A stretch of DNA of 64,000 bases, from NCBI GenBank assembly GCA_036481345.1, contig JAZGHU010000015.1, positions 3,315-67,314 of the forward strand, read 5' to 3'. Below the pieces are notes generated by a model. That model saw only the letters and a program-made list of their open reading frames with translations. It was not told the origin of the DNA and made no database searches. Source of the DNA: Candidatus Woesearchaeota archaeon (GTDB lineage Archaea > Nanobdellota > Nanobdellia > Woesearchaeales > WJKL01). A program made the translations under genes and the position numbers. Positions within the stretch are counted from its first letter, which is position 1. Each line of letters opens with the position of its first letter. Below, piece after piece: positions 9,075-19,018 of this stretch.

Positions 9075-10022
9075 TTATTTAGATTTCTTTTTTTCTTTGG
9101 CTTTTTCTTCTTCTCCTTCTTCCTTTTGCGTAGAGTCAGACTCCTTCGTCGTCTGAGTACCTGCTTTAATCACTTCAGCAAAATCTTCCTCTCTTGGCCC
9201 TTCTTTTGCATTCATCTTTCCTTCAACAATACCAAGTGCTGCAATGTCTTGCTCTTTTATTTTGATTTGCATCAAATTTTTCAAAGCAGCAACACAAGCA
9301 TAAACTAAGTTAAGTTTTGTACTTGTTTTACCTAATGTTTTGGACCATACATCTTTGATTCCAGCCATTTTAAGGATTTTTCCTACTTCCCCTTCTACTT
9401 TCAGGCCTGTTCCCTTAGGTGCTGGGATAAGTTTAAGTATTACAGAACCACACTTGCCCTCTACTTTGTAAGGGATTGTATGAGATTCTTTACAACCGCA
9501 CTGCCATGAACCGCAGCCACGTTTAATCTTGATTATATTTAGTTTAGAGTTTCTTATGGATTTTTCTCTTGCTGGAACTGTTTCTTTGCTCTTTCCATAA
9601 CCTATTCCAACATATCCATTTTCATTTCCTGCAACAGCAACAGTTGCGAATTTTGGTTTGTTTCCTTCTCTTGTTTTCTTTTGTGTTTGTCTAAATATCC
9701 TTCTGGCACCCCCGCCAAACTTACCTTTTGATTGTCCTATTAGTAAAAGGTCAACTTGAATGTTTGGAAGCAAAACATCAACTATCTCAGCTTCAAGTAT
9801 ATTAAGTCCATTATCAAGGATAAGATCTATGTCTTTTATTTCTCCTGATTTTACTTTTTTACCTATTTCTGTTTTTGGTTTCCAAGCTTCTTTATCGAAT
9901 TCTTTACCAAATCCTTTCTTTCTTTCTTTCCTTGCTTCTTTTTCTTTTGGTTTTTGAGATTTTTCTACAGCAGCTTTTGATTTCTGCTCAGCTTCTGGAA
10001 GTTTCTTTTTTGCGTTTGGCAT
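9075..10022 (-). CDS. rps5: 30S ribosomal protein S5 (uS5)
   Basis: WKPKTEIG, RGCGSWQCGC, LIPAPKGTGL, AGIKDVW. Confidence 0.97.
   Translation of the reverse strand: MPNAKKKLPEAEQKSKAAVEKSQKPKEKEARKERKKGFGKEFDKEAWKPKTEIGKKVKSGEIKDIDLILDNGLNILEAEIVDVLLPNIQVDLLLIGQSKGKFGGGARRIFRQTQKKTREGNKPKFATVAVAGNENGYVGIGYGKSKETVPAREKSIRNSKLNIIKIKRGCGSWQCGCKESHTIPYKVEGKCGSVILKLIPAPKGTGLKVEGEVGKILKMAGIKDVWSKTLGKTSTKLNLVYACVAALKNLMQIKIKEQDIAALGIVEGKMNAKEGPREEDFAEVIKAGTQTTKESDSTQKEEGEEEKAKEKKKSK
9132..9163. repeat. Dispersed palindromic repeat, copy 2 (in-frame in rps5 tail)
   Basis: Identical 19-mer to 5207-5225, followed by a similar flank (TGAGTACCTG vs TGGGCATCTG). Confidence 0.7.
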
Positions 10023-10540
10023 TATTCGTTCACCTTGATTTTGTTTTTGATTTCATCAAATATTTGTGTAATTTCAGCAGCTTCTTTTTTGTATTTAGCT
10101 ATGTGGCTGCCATTGATTCTGGTTTCATCTGGAAATATTTCCCCATCATGAGGGATATTCAATCCAGCGTCAACAGCCCCTTTTAAACAAGCATATATTC
10201 TTGAGCCTTTTGTTGGCTTTGCCAATCCTGTATCAAGGATAGCTTCTTTAACTCCTGCTTTGACTGCTTTTGTTCCTGCTAATAATCCAGTCAAATAAGC
10301 AGCTGGAACATTTCCTTTACTAAATTTCCAACCTAGTGCTTCTAGTTCTCTAGAAGTCGCTGCCACGATAATTTTATCCCCTTCTGGACTATATTCTACT
10401 ATTTGAGCATAAGTATTTTTTAGGAAAGTTCTTACTATTAATCTTGGTTTATCAGATAGTAATAGCTTTAACCTTTTCTTGTAATTTGTCTTTCCTTGTC
10501 TCTTTCTTCTGAATTGGACAGTTGCTTTTTTTGATTTCAT
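10022..10540 (-). CDS. rpl18: 50S ribosomal protein L18 (uL18)
   Basis: [31 protein letters not shown]. Confidence 0.97.
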   Translation of the reverse strand: MKSKKATVQFRRKRQGKTNYKKRLKLLLSDKPRLIVRTFLKNTYAQIVEYSPEGDKIIVAATSRELEALGWKFSKGNVPAAYLTGLLAGTKAVKAGVKEAILDTGLAKPTKGSRIYACLKGAVDAGLNIPHDGEIFPDETRINGSHIAKYKKEAAEITQIFDEIKNKIKVNE

Positions 10541-10998
10541 TGTTTTTTCTCTTGTATAAGTTTATGTTCTTCTAAGTATAGTTTAATGTGACGTTTGCTT
10601 CTGAAAAATCCTCCCTTGGATTTTCTGTAAAGTCCGTGATAATTAGATTTGCTTATAAATTCCTTGTCACGCAATTCTTTAAGGAATCTTCTTTGGATTC
10701 TTATTTTTCCAATCCACGCTTTCTTTTTTGGAAGTCTTGCTGTTTTTTTACCTTTTGTTGAGCCAGGACCTTTTCTCTTACCTTTGCTCTTCTGAATTGT
10801 TATTTTTCTAGCTCTTACTCTTGAAACCCCTTTGACTGGCTTACGTTTAATAGCTTCTCCTGAGATTAGAGATTTTATATCTAATTTTGTTATTGCTTCT
10901 TTAATATCCTCTAATTTATCTTGATCAAAGACAATCCTTTTTTCAGAACATTTCAATATGTCTGATGCAAGTCTTTTTTGGAGTTTAAGTTGAGTCAT
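10537..10998 (-). CDS. rpl19e: 50S ribosomal protein L19e
   Basis: [23 protein letters not shown]. Confidence 0.97.
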   Translation of the reverse strand: MTQLKLQKRLASDILKCSEKRIVFDQDKLEDIKEAITKLDIKSLISGEAIKRKPVKGVSRVRARKITIQKSKGKRKGPGSTKGKKTARLPKKKAWIGKIRIQRRFLKELRDKEFISKSNYHGLYRKSKGGFFRSKRHIKLYLEEHKLIQEKKQ

Positions 10999-11000
10999 TT

Positions 11001-11582
11001 TTATTCCTTCTTAGTCAAGAGTTTATCCTTTTCCTTTTTTTCTTGTTCTTTCTTTTCGTCTTCAGATTTCTCTTCTTTAACTTCTTCTTTTGCTTTTTCT
11101 TCTTTTTTAGCTTCTTTTTTCTTCTTAGCTTCTTTTTTCTCAGTTTTCTTTGTCTTTGCTTCTTTTTTCTTCTTTCGCAATTCTTCGATTTTCTTTAAAT
11201 AATTATCAGGATCTTTTATGTTGAGGATTTTTATTCCAACTTCTTGTGCTTTTTTTATTATTTCAATTCTCTTTTTTCCACCAACTGCAGAAGCAATAAC
11301 AATTCCTTCTGATTCTTTGTTGATTTTTTCTAGTTGAGATAATGAGCTTATTCTTATTGGAGCTAGTCCAGATGGATCTAAGCTATAAACTGATTTCGGT
11401 GAGCCATAACCAGGCCTTACTGTTTTTCTGTAGCCTCTCTTGTTTAGCCTTATCTTTGACTGCCAACCTTTTGGACGCTGCCATCTAGCCCTTATTCTTA
11501 TCCTTTTATGGGAGTCTTGACTAACAAAAGTTGGCTTCTTTGCCTTGATTTTTTTTCTCAATGCTAATTTTTCTTTATTCAT
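11001..11582 (-). CDS. rpl32e: 50S ribosomal protein L32e
   Basis: KKPTF, WQRPKGWQSK, PGYGSP, IKILN; long Lys/Glu tail. Confidence 0.95.
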   Translation of the reverse strand: MNKEKLALRKKIKAKKPTFVSQDSHKRIRIRARWQRPKGWQSKIRLNKRGYRKTVRPGYGSPKSVYSLDPSGLAPIRISSLSQLEKINKESEGIVIASAVGGKKRIEIIKKAQEVGIKILNIKDPDNYLKKIEELRKKKKEAKTKKTEKKEAKKKKEAKKEEKAKEEVKEEKSEDEKKEQEKKEKDKLLTKKE

Positions 11583-12126
11583 TTTTCAAAATTTTTTTGG
11601 ATTTTGTGATTATATATATTCCATCTTGGAAAATTCTTCTATCTCTTTTTGTTATTCTGCAAACTTGTTCAATAGATGCTGCTGTTTGACCAGCTGCCTC
11701 TTTATCGACACTTTCTACCATAATATCCTGACCTTCTATTTTTACTTCAGCATCTTTTTGAATTTTACATTTTCTTGGAATTTTTTCCCCTAAAAAGTTT
11801 TGAACAACAAATTCACCATTTTCTATTGCAACAGTCATTGGAAAGTGTGTTGAACAAACTTTTAGTTTGTATGAATGTCCTTCAGTAACTCCTTGAATCA
11901 TGTTAACAAGGTGTGATTTGAAAGTAAAAATTATTCTTTTTTCTCTTTTTGTTGCTTTTTTTGAGGAGATTGTTAATTTGTTATCTTTAACGTCAACAGA
12001 TACTTTTGGATATGCTAATCTTCTAGAAATTTCTCCTTTTGGACCTTTTGCTGAGATTAGTCCTGAGTCTATCTTAACTTCTACTCCTTCTGGAATTTCT
12101 ATCTGTTCTGTCAAGTCTAGTTTCAT
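11575..12126 (-). CDS. rpl6: 50S ribosomal protein L6 (uL6)
   Basis: IPEGVEV, HFPMTV, NFLGEK, DRRIFQDGIYI. Confidence 0.97.
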   Translation of the reverse strand: MKLDLTEQIEIPEGVEVKIDSGLISAKGPKGEISRRLAYPKVSVDVKDNKLTISSKKATKREKRIIFTFKSHLVNMIQGVTEGHSYKLKVCSTHFPMTVAIENGEFVVQNFLGEKIPRKCKIQKDAEVKIEGQDIMVESVDKEAAGQTAASIEQVCRITKRDRRIFQDGIYIITKSKKILKNE

Positions 12127-12129
12127 TTT

Positions 12130-12519
12130 TTAATAACAGTAAGCTAATAATACTCCTCCACTATTTTTTTCAGCAGCTTCTTGCTGAGTCATTATTCCCT
12201 GCGGTGTTGAAACAATTATAATACCAAAGTTTTTAGCAGGAAGATATCTTTTTTCGAATTTTTCAAATCCATCTTGTTTAGCTGAGTAGTGGGGTTTGAT
12301 CACTCCACAATTATTGATTTTACCAATCAATTCTATTTTTATTATGCCCCCTTTGCCATTATCAGTTTCTTTAAATTCTCCAATGAATTTATTTTCCTGC
12401 ATTATTCTAAATACTTCTTTGATAACTTTTGAGCTTGGAGCTATTGAACATGAGTTTTTTCCTAATTTTTCTGCATTTTTTATTTTTGATAATGCATTTG
12501 CGAGTGGATCATTTAACAT
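12130..12519 (-). CDS. rps8: 30S ribosomal protein S8 (uS8)
   Basis: DPLANALS, INNCGVIKP, YLPAKNFG, GGVLLAYCY. Confidence 0.97.
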   Translation of the reverse strand: MLNDPLANALSKIKNAEKLGKNSCSIAPSSKVIKEVFRIMQENKFIGEFKETDNGKGGIIKIELIGKINNCGVIKPHYSAKQDGFEKFEKRYLPAKNFGIIIVSTPQGIMTQQEAAEKNSGGVLLAYCY

Positions 12520-12530
12520 ATTTTTTCACC

Positions 12531-12761
12531 TTAACTGTATTTTTTAAATCCTATTTTATTTGCTATCTCTCTGAAGCATTGTCTGCATAAATCTAGACCA
12601 TATTTGCTTATGTGGCCTCCTCGTCTCCCACATCTGCTGCATTTTTTTAGATTTCTGCCGCAAGTTCTTTTTTTAGGAGCATTATGTTTTCTAAATTTGA
12701 TTAATTTAGCTGGTTTTGCTTTCAATTGTTTGTAAACCTTTTTGTGGTCTGATGCAGTCAT
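12531..12761 (-). CDS. rps14: 30S ribosomal protein S14 (Zn-binding)
   Basis: CSRCG...LCRQCFRE...GFKKY. Confidence 0.96.
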   Translation of the reverse strand: MTASDHKKVYKQLKAKPAKLIKFRKHNAPKKRTCGRNLKKCSRCGRRGGHISKYGLDLCRQCFREIANKIGFKKYS

Positions 12762-13273
12762 TCTTCTTCCCCCACTTTAACATTAAATTGTTTAGATATG
12801 AAGTCTATCGCTTCTTCTTTTGTTATTTTGTGTTTTGTTGGAATCTTTTTTTGTTTCAATTTCCTTTTTTTAATTCTAAATCCTGCACGTTCTAATGTAA
12901 CACAAACTTCTAGACCCATTATTCCAATATCTGGATCATAGTTTGCTTCAGGAATATCTATATATTCAGGAATACCAAATGCAAGATTGCCATTAGAGTC
13001 AAATTGATTAGGAGATAATTGATTGTCTTTTGATTCTAATAATCTGATAAGCACTTCTTTTGCAGCTTTTTTTCTTAGAGTTAATTTACAGCCAATAGGT
13101 AGGCCAAGTCTTAAGCCCCATCCAGGAATTCTTTTTGTTGATACTGTTTTAATAGGACTAATCCCAGTTATCATCTTTAATAGTTTCATACCCTTCTCTA
13201 ATCTAGCCTGCTCTTTTCCTGTTCCTATATTTAGGGTGATTTTCTCTATCCTTAAATTCCTCATTGGATTCAT
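12758..13273 (-). CDS. rpl5: 50S ribosomal protein L5 (uL5)
   Basis: [31 protein letters not shown]. Confidence 0.97.
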   Translation of the reverse strand: MNPMRNLRIEKITLNIGTGKEQARLEKGMKLLKMITGISPIKTVSTKRIPGWGLRLGLPIGCKLTLRKKAAKEVLIRLLESKDNQLSPNQFDSNGNLAFGIPEYIDIPEANYDPDIGIMGLEVCVTLERAGFRIKKRKLKQKKIPTKHKITKEEAIDFISKQFNVKVGEEE

Positions 13274-13277
13274 TTTT

Positions 13278-13976
13278 TTATTCTTGTAATTGTATCAATG
13301 ATTTTTCTTTTCCGATTACAAAAGCATATTTCTTTAGAGTTTCAACCTTGTCTTTGCCGCTTTTGTATGATATTTTGTTTTCTTTTATATCTTCTATTAC
13401 TCCGGTTCCACCTATGTGTTTTCCACCAACAAGGTAAATAGTAGCTCCTTTTTCAAATTTGATTATCTGTTTGATTTTTTGAGAAGGAAGTTCTATTATT
13501 GCTGTATCTCCTACTTTTGCTTCTTTTTTATCTGATAGGATATTTTTCCCATCGAATAAGTTTAATTGTAATTTACCTTTTTTGATAATAGATTTGCCAT
13601 TTATTTTGCTTGGCTTTATGTTAGCATCATTTTTTATTGGAAATGCTATGAGGTATCCTTTTTTATTAAGTAGAATTCTGAAGTTTTCTTTTGTTTTTGG
13701 AATTGAGATAACATCCATCAATCCAACAAGGAATCTATGATTCGTTCTTCTGATCCCATCAACAAGGATTTCTTGATTTTGAAGGATATTTTTTACTTCT
13801 TTTGTAGTTCTTGCATATTCTAGAACATCTCTTAGTAATACATTTAGAGGCATACCTAGTTTTAAAGAATGCGGGCCTGGATGTGGGCGAGTAACCCACT
13901 TAATTCCTTTTCTTTTTATTTTCCAAGATTTAGGCATTGCCAGTCTTGATAAGTGTCTTTGTATTTTTTCTCCCAT
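13278..13976 (-). CDS. rps4e: 30S ribosomal protein S4e
   Basis: HLSRLAMPKSW, PGPHS, VGLMDVI, GGKHIG. Confidence 0.97.
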   Translation of the reverse strand: MGEKIQRHLSRLAMPKSWKIKRKGIKWVTRPHPGPHSLKLGMPLNVLLRDVLEYARTTKEVKNILQNQEILVDGIRRTNHRFLVGLMDVISIPKTKENFRILLNKKGYLIAFPIKNDANIKPSKINGKSIIKKGKLQLNLFDGKNILSDKKEAKVGDTAIIELPSQKIKQIIKFEKGATIYLVGGKHIGGTGVIEDIKENKISYKSGKDKVETLKKYAFVIGKEKSLIQLQE

Positions 13977-13978
13977 TG

Positions 13979-14356
13979 TTATTTCCTCTCTAAACTCTTA
14001 GCTCGTTTTTTATCACTAAGATTTAATTCAATAATCATTAAGTTAGATGGATTGAACGGATAGAATGTCTTTGTTCCATCCTTTTTTGTCGATTCAATTC
14101 CTTGAATATAGACTTTTGTTGATTTCAAGTTGACTCTGTCAATTTTTCCTGTTTTTCCCTTGAATTGTCCTCTTAAAATCTTAACAGTATCGCCTTTTCT
14201 AACTGTGATGTTTCTTTTTTTGTGTTTTTCTTTAAGTTCTTTTGACAGATGAACTGACATGAACTTATTTCTAATATGTAATGGAGCATTATATCTATAT
14301 TTACGCTGCTTTCTAGGCGCTTTGCTTTTAATCCATTCTTTTGAAAATCTTTTCAT
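13979..14356 (-). CDS. rpl24: 50S ribosomal protein L24 (uL24)
   Basis: PRKQRKY.YNAPLH, VRKGDTVKILRG (KOW). Confidence 0.97.
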   Translation of the reverse strand: MKRFSKEWIKSKAPRKQRKYRYNAPLHIRNKFMSVHLSKELKEKHKKRNITVRKGDTVKILRGQFKGKTGKIDRVNLKSTKVYIQGIESTKKDGTKTFYPFNPSNLMIIELNLSDKKRAKSLERK

Positions 14357-14360
14357 TTTT

Positions 14361-14762
14361 TCATACCACGATATTTGCTAATTTTGAAATTGCAGGCCAT
14401 CTATCACAAGCTTCTTTTGCAATAGCACCTTTGAAAATTGTCCCTTTTGGATTTCCTTTATCATCTTTTAATACAACTGCTGCATTATCTTCAAATTTGA
14501 TTCTTGTTCCATCTGGACGCCTGTATTCTTTTCTTTGTCTTACAATAACAGCATAAACAACTGTTTTTCTAATGTCTGGCTTGCCTGATTTTACAGAAGT
14601 GACTACTAAATCTCCAACTCCTGCTGCAGGCATTCTGCCTTTTACTCCTTTGTAGCATTTTACACCAAATATTTTTAATATTTTGGCTCCGGAATTATCA
14701 CAAGTTTTGATTAAAGTTCCTGTTGGCAATCCTCTTGTAACTCTTGCTTTTACTGCTTTCAT
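14361..14762 (-). CDS. rpl14: 50S ribosomal protein L14 (uL14)
   Basis: CDNSGAK, VRQRKEYRRPDG, FEDNAAV. Confidence 0.97.
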   Translation of the reverse strand: MKAVKARVTRGLPTGTLIKTCDNSGAKILKIFGVKCYKGVKGRMPAAGVGDLVVTSVKSGKPDIRKTVVYAVIVRQRKEYRRPDGTRIKFEDNAAVVLKDDKGNPKGTIFKGAIAKEACDRWPAISKLANIVV

Positions 14763-15298
14763 TCCTCTTTAGCCTCCTTTTCTTCAACTTTTTCTTTAGG
14801 CTCTTCCTTCTCTTCTGATTTTTCTTCTTTTTTTGACTCTTCAACCTTAGGAGTTTCTTCAACTTTTGGCTCTTCTTCTTTAACTGTTGATTCTCCTTTT
14901 GGTTCTGCTTTTTGTGCTCCTTCTACTGTTGCTTCTTCTCTTGCAGATAATTCTTCTATGAATCCTTTTTTCTTACCTAAATTTTCAACAATAACAAATG
15001 TTTTTGTTTTTGATAAAGGACGAGTTTCAGCAATTCTTACTACATCTGCAACATCAGCATCGATACATGAAGGATTATGAGCGTGAATTTTTGTTCTTCT
15101 TGTTTCAGTTCTTTCATATTTTGGAACAGCAATTGAATAAGACCACTCTATTGTTGCTGTTTTATGGGCATCTTTAGCTAAAACTACTCCTGTGAATATC
15201 TTTCCTCTTGGTTTTACATTTCCATGGAAAGGACATTTTTTGTCTTCACATGCTTTCTTTGGTGCTTTTACATCAATTCCTATGTTTTTCGCTTTCAT
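14759..15298 (-). CDS. rps17: 30S ribosomal protein S17 (uS17)
   Basis: CEDKKCPFHG, PKYER, ETRPLSKTK; long acidic tail. Confidence 0.96.
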   Translation of the reverse strand: MKAKNIGIDVKAPKKACEDKKCPFHGNVKPRGKIFTGVVLAKDAHKTATIEWSYSIAVPKYERTETRRTKIHAHNPSCIDADVADVVRIAETRPLSKTKTFVIVENLGKKKGFIEELSAREEATVEGAQKAEPKGESTVKEEEPKVEETPKVEESKKEEKSEEKEEPKEKVEEKEAKEE

Positions 15299-15349
15299 TT
15301 TGCTTGACTTTCCTCGTTATTCGTTTTTTCCTCGTAAATTCGGCATCAC

Positions 15350-15598
15350 TTATCGTGATTTTATCCTGTCTTTTGGTTTTCCTTGCAATGTTTTTCCTTT
15401 GATTATTTGATTGTTAATTTTGAGTGTGATATTGTTTTTGAATAATCTTTTTTTGTTTTTTTTATGTTGAATTATGATTGTGTTTTTTGTTTCATCAATG
15501 ATATTTCCTTTGATTCCAATGTTGCCCTTATTTTTAGAGTCAACAACTTCTGTTGTCAAGCCTATTATCTCTCTTTTGATGATGTCTTCTGACTTCAT
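15350..15598 (-). CDS. rnp1: Ribonuclease P protein subunit Rpp29
   Basis: EIIGL...G.KG.IIDETKNT...G..L...P.DR; canonical position in the operon. Confidence 0.92.
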   Translation of the reverse strand: MKSEDIIKREIIGLTTEVVDSKNKGNIGIKGNIIDETKNTIIIQHKKNKKRLFKNNITLKINNQIIKGKTLQGKPKDRIKSR

Positions 15599-15623
15599 TC
15601 TATTTCCGTTGTTTTAATCGAGT

Positions 15624-15932
15624 TTATCTAACTTCGATTGTCTCTGGAGCAAAACCAAATTTGATTAAACTTTCTTTGATGTTTTGTTTGTGGTTTCCTT
15701 GCAACTCAATCTTACCTTCTTTTGCTGTTCCTCCGCAAGCAAACTGGCTTTTCAGCTTCTTTGCTAGGTCTCTGAGGTTGATTTCTTTTTCGTCAATGCC
15801 TCTGATAACTGTATTAATTTTTCCGAATGCTTTTTTTACTGTTGTTACAGTTATCTTTTGGCTTTCTTTTGCAATAGTTTCACAAACACAAAGTTCTTTT
15901 GGTAGCCCACAGTCTGGACAAACTTCAGCCAT
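15624..15932 (-). CDS. Translation initiation factor aIF1 (SUI1 family)
   Basis: CPDCGLPKELCVC, LKSQFACGGT, IELQGNH; start moved to ATG 15932. Confidence 0.93.
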   Translation of the reverse strand: MAEVCPDCGLPKELCVCETIAKESQKITVTTVKKAFGKINTVIRGIDEKEINLRDLAKKLKSQFACGGTAKEGKIELQGNHKQNIKESLIKFGFAPETIEVR

Positions 15933-16224
15933 TATTTTTTTCCTCGTTTTTAGGAGCTTCTTTAGTTTCCTTAGGCTTAGCATCTTCTTTTACTTCTGCC
16001 TTAGGTACTTCGGAAGTTTCCTTTTGTTTACTTGAAACTCTTTGAGTTCCAACTATAGTCAATATCTTGGCTATAGTCTTTTTAGTTTCTCTAACTTGCC
16101 CGGGACTTTTTGGTGTAGTCCCTGTAGAGATTTGAGCATTATGTTTAATCATTTCTTTTCTTAATTCTTCTAACTTTGAATTAAGATCTGACTTGGACAG
16201 TGAACGTAAATCTTTTGCCTTCAT
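15925..16224 (-). CDS. rpl29: 50S ribosomal protein L29 (uL29)
   Basis: DLRSLS..L...L.EL, PGQVRETKKTIAKILT. Confidence 0.94.
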   Translation of the reverse strand: MKAKDLRSLSKSDLNSKLEELRKEMIKHNAQISTGTTPKSPGQVRETKKTIAKILTIVGTQRVSSKQKETSEVPKAEVKEDAKPKETKEAPKNEEKNNG

Positions 16225-17000
16225 TCTTTATTTTCCTCTGATTTTTCTTCAGATTTCTTTTCTTTAACGTCTTCTTTCTTTTTCTTTTCAACTTTTTTAG
16301 AAGACTTTTCTTCCTTTGCTTTTTTAGTATCTTCTTTACTTTCATCTGATGTTTCAGATTCTTCTTTTTTATCTTCTTCTACTTCTTCAACAATTTCTTG
16401 TTTTTCTTCTATTAATTCAATATGATCTGGAAGCTTTGTTTCTGGAGGCATTATTCTAACTTGGATTCCAACAACACCTGATTTTAGTTTTGCAGCTGCA
16501 TAAGCTGTATCAACCCCAGTTATAGCAATATCTCCACATTTCTTTAGATAGCCTTGATAGAATCTCCAAGACTTTGCTCTTGAACTTGGAACTTTTCCTG
16601 AAATTATTATCTCAATACCTAAAGCACCAGCACCCATAGCATCTGCCATTACTTTATGACCTATGCCTTTGAATCTGCTTGAACCGAATCTTTCTAAAGA
16701 TGAAGCGATTCTTTCTGCAACAATATTTGCATCAAGATTTATTTTTTCAACTTCAGCAATTTCGATTTGAGGATTTTCTAATTTGAATTTCTTTTTTAAA
16801 GCTAATGTTAGATTTTTGATATTTTTACCTTCTCTTCCAACAACAAGTCCTGGACGTGAAGCATGAATTATTATTTTTTCTCCTAATGGAGTACGCTGCA
16901 TTCTTGTCTTTGAGTGGCCTACATTACTTAAAGTGGAAACTACAAATTCTTGAATTTGGAATTCTTTCTTCTTTTGTTTTACAAAATCTCTTTCAATCAT
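16221..17000 (-). CDS. rps3: 30S ribosomal protein S3 (uS3)
   Basis: RTPLG, RPGLVVGREG (KH), GYLKKCG, GIQVRIMPP. Confidence 0.97.
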   Translation of the reverse strand: MIERDFVKQKKKEFQIQEFVVSTLSNVGHSKTRMQRTPLGEKIIIHASRPGLVVGREGKNIKNLTLALKKKFKLENPQIEIAEVEKINLDANIVAERIASSLERFGSSRFKGIGHKVMADAMGAGALGIEIIISGKVPSSRAKSWRFYQGYLKKCGDIAITGVDTAYAAAKLKSGVVGIQVRIMPPETKLPDHIELIEEKQEIVEEVEEDKKEESETSDESKEDTKKAKEEKSSKKVEKKKKEDVKEKKSEEKSEENKE

Positions 17001-17638
17001 TTTTTCTTTTCCTCGGATTTTTCTTCTGATTTTGATTCTTTTTGAATATTATCTTTATTTTCTTCTTTTGCTTCAGTAGCTTTTGGTTCTGGTTGTTTTT
17101 CCTCAACTTTAGGTTGCTCTTTTTTTTCTTCAACTTTTGGGGCCTCTTGTTTTACTTCTTTTACTTTTGCATCTTTCTTCTCTTCTTGTTTCTTTTCAGC
17201 CTTTTCTTGAACAACAACTTCAATATGTGTTCTTTTCATATTTCTTCCACGTTGTCTCCCATATCTTGGTTGATTTCTTGCTTTGTGGGCACAGATATGA
17301 GTTATTACAAGAATGCCTGTGTTTAGCCCCTTGAATTGAGCATTTGCTTCTACTGATTCTAAAATTGAAAGTATTCCTTTTGATGATTTTATTGGATATC
17401 TTCCTACTGAAAGTTTTCCTTTTTTATGGCCCATACCCCTGTCATATCTTTTGTATGGAACTGGTATTTTTTCTGCAATTACATCACTAAGGATTTGTTT
17501 TGCTTTTTGCAGATTCTTATTTCTAAGCAAATTACAGATTTCTACTGATTGTTTTGTAGATATTGCTAGAGTTCTACCTAACGCTTTTGCAGAGTTTTCT
17601 GCATCCAAATCCTTTGTTGCATATTTGTGTTGACTCAT
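16997..17638 (-). CDS. rpl22: 50S ribosomal protein L22 (uL22)
   Basis: ISTKQSVEIC, GRYPIK, ANAQFKGL, THIEVVV. Confidence 0.96.
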   Translation of the reverse strand: MSQHKYATKDLDAENSAKALGRTLAISTKQSVEICNLLRNKNLQKAKQILSDVIAEKIPVPYKRYDRGMGHKKGKLSVGRYPIKSSKGILSILESVEANAQFKGLNTGILVITHICAHKARNQPRYGRQRGRNMKRTHIEVVVQEKAEKKQEEKKDAKVKEVKQEAPKVEEKKEQPKVEEKQPEPKATEAKEENKDNIQKESKSEEKSEEKKK

Positions 17639-17646
17639 TGTCTATT

Positions 17647-18030
17647 TTATTTAACTGACATTGCTGCAGATGACCTTGTAGCACCAATTCCTGGGGCAGA
17701 GTGTGAAACTCCTTTTCTTGTTCCTGCAAATTCTCCAAGATAATGTCCAATCATCTCAGGCAAAATAATTATTTTTATGAATGCCTTGCCATTATAGACA
17801 CTTATTGTTTTGTCCATCATTTCAGGCAAGATTATCATGTTTCTGCAATGTGTTTCTATATTGCTTTCTCCTTTCTTTATTTTTTTAAGTAGTATTTGTT
17901 GTGGATCTGTCAAGCCACGTTTAAGAGATCTTCTTACTCTTGCTGGAGCTATTTCTGCGAATTCATTTAAACTTAAATTCTTTAATTCATCCAATGTTTT
18001 TCCATAATATGTGAATTCTTTTTTAGCCAT
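17647..18030 (-). CDS. rps19: 30S ribosomal protein S19 (uS19)
   Basis: [32 protein letters not shown]. Confidence 0.97.
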   Translation of the reverse strand: MAKKEFTYYGKTLDELKNLSLNEFAEIAPARVRRSLKRGLTDPQQILLKKIKKGESNIETHCRNMIILPEMMDKTISVYNGKAFIKIIILPEMIGHYLGEFAGTRKGVSHSAPGIGATRSSAAMSVK

Positions 18031-18035
18031 TGTTT

Positions 18036-18749
18036 TTACCTCTTGTGACCAGATCTTCTAGGAGCAATATTTCCAACTTTTCTTCCAGGTGGAGAATGTC
18101 TAGATGCTTGAGTAGGCCTTCCTTTAATATGAGAGCTCTTACTTCCAAATGGATGTGCAACAGCATTCATAGATATTCCCAATACGTGAGGATATATCTT
18201 GTTCTTTGCTCTCATAGCATAAAATTTATTTCCTGCTTTTAGGAATGGTTTTTCTAGTCTTCCAGAGCCTGCAATAATTCCAACATTTGCTCTGCAATTA
18301 GGGTTGAATATTTTTTTCTTGCTTGATGGAAGTACAATAGTAATGCCTGCATCTGTTTTTCCAGCTATTTTTGCAGTGGTTCCAGATGATTTAACGAATT
18401 TTCCACCATCACCAGGGTTTATTTCTATATTATAAATAGAAGTTCCTGGGGGAATATTTTTTAATGGAAGTATGTTTCCTGTTTTTGCTTTAGCTTCTGG
18501 ACCGGACTGTATTGAATCTCCAACTCTTACTCCCTCTGGAGCAATCATCAATGTTTTTTCTCCGTTTTCATATTGAATCTTAGCTAAAGGAGCTGAATGT
18601 CCTTGACATGTTATTAAGTCTAGGATCTTACCTTTTAGAGTTTTATCTGTTAATTTGTTGTGAGTAGTTGCGCCTTTATATCTAAAGCTTGGAGCTCTAA
18701 ATGTAGCTGTTCCTCTTCCACGTCTTTGTTGAATTAATCTTTTTCCCAT
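18036..18749 (-). CDS. rpl2: 50S ribosomal protein L2 (uL2)
   Basis: [35 protein letters not shown]. Confidence 0.97.
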   Translation of the reverse strand: MGKRLIQQRRGRGTATFRAPSFRYKGATTHNKLTDKTLKGKILDLITCQGHSAPLAKIQYENGEKTLMIAPEGVRVGDSIQSGPEAKAKTGNILPLKNIPPGTSIYNIEINPGDGGKFVKSSGTTAKIAGKTDAGITIVLPSSKKKIFNPNCRANVGIIAGSGRLEKPFLKAGNKFYAMRAKNKIYPHVLGISMNAVAHPFGSKSSHIKGRPTQASRHSPPGRKVGNIAPRRSGHKR

Positions 18750-18750
18750 G

Positions 18751-19011
18751 TTATATCAATCCTAATTGAGTTGCAATATCTATAGCAGGAGTGTCCATTG
18801 AAAATTGAACATATGCTCTTTTTTCTCCATCTTGTGTTACAAAAGTGTTGACTTTTCTTACTTTTGCTTTGAATAATTTTTCAACAGCTGTTTTTATATC
18901 TTTTTTTGTTGCTTTTTTATTTACAACAAAGATTAGCTTGTTCTCTGATTCCATTAATCTGATTGATTTTTCAGTGGATAATGGGTTTTTGACTATTGAG
19001 TATGGATTCAT
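18751..19011 (-). CDS. rpl23: 50S ribosomal protein L23 (uL23)
   Basis: PLSTEKS, KVNT, KRAYV. Confidence 0.96.
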   Translation of the reverse strand: MNPYSIVKNPLSTEKSIRLMESENKLIFVVNKKATKKDIKTAVEKLFKAKVRKVNTFVTQDGEKRAYVQFSMDTPAIDIATQLGLI

Positions 19012-19018
19012 TTTCTTT

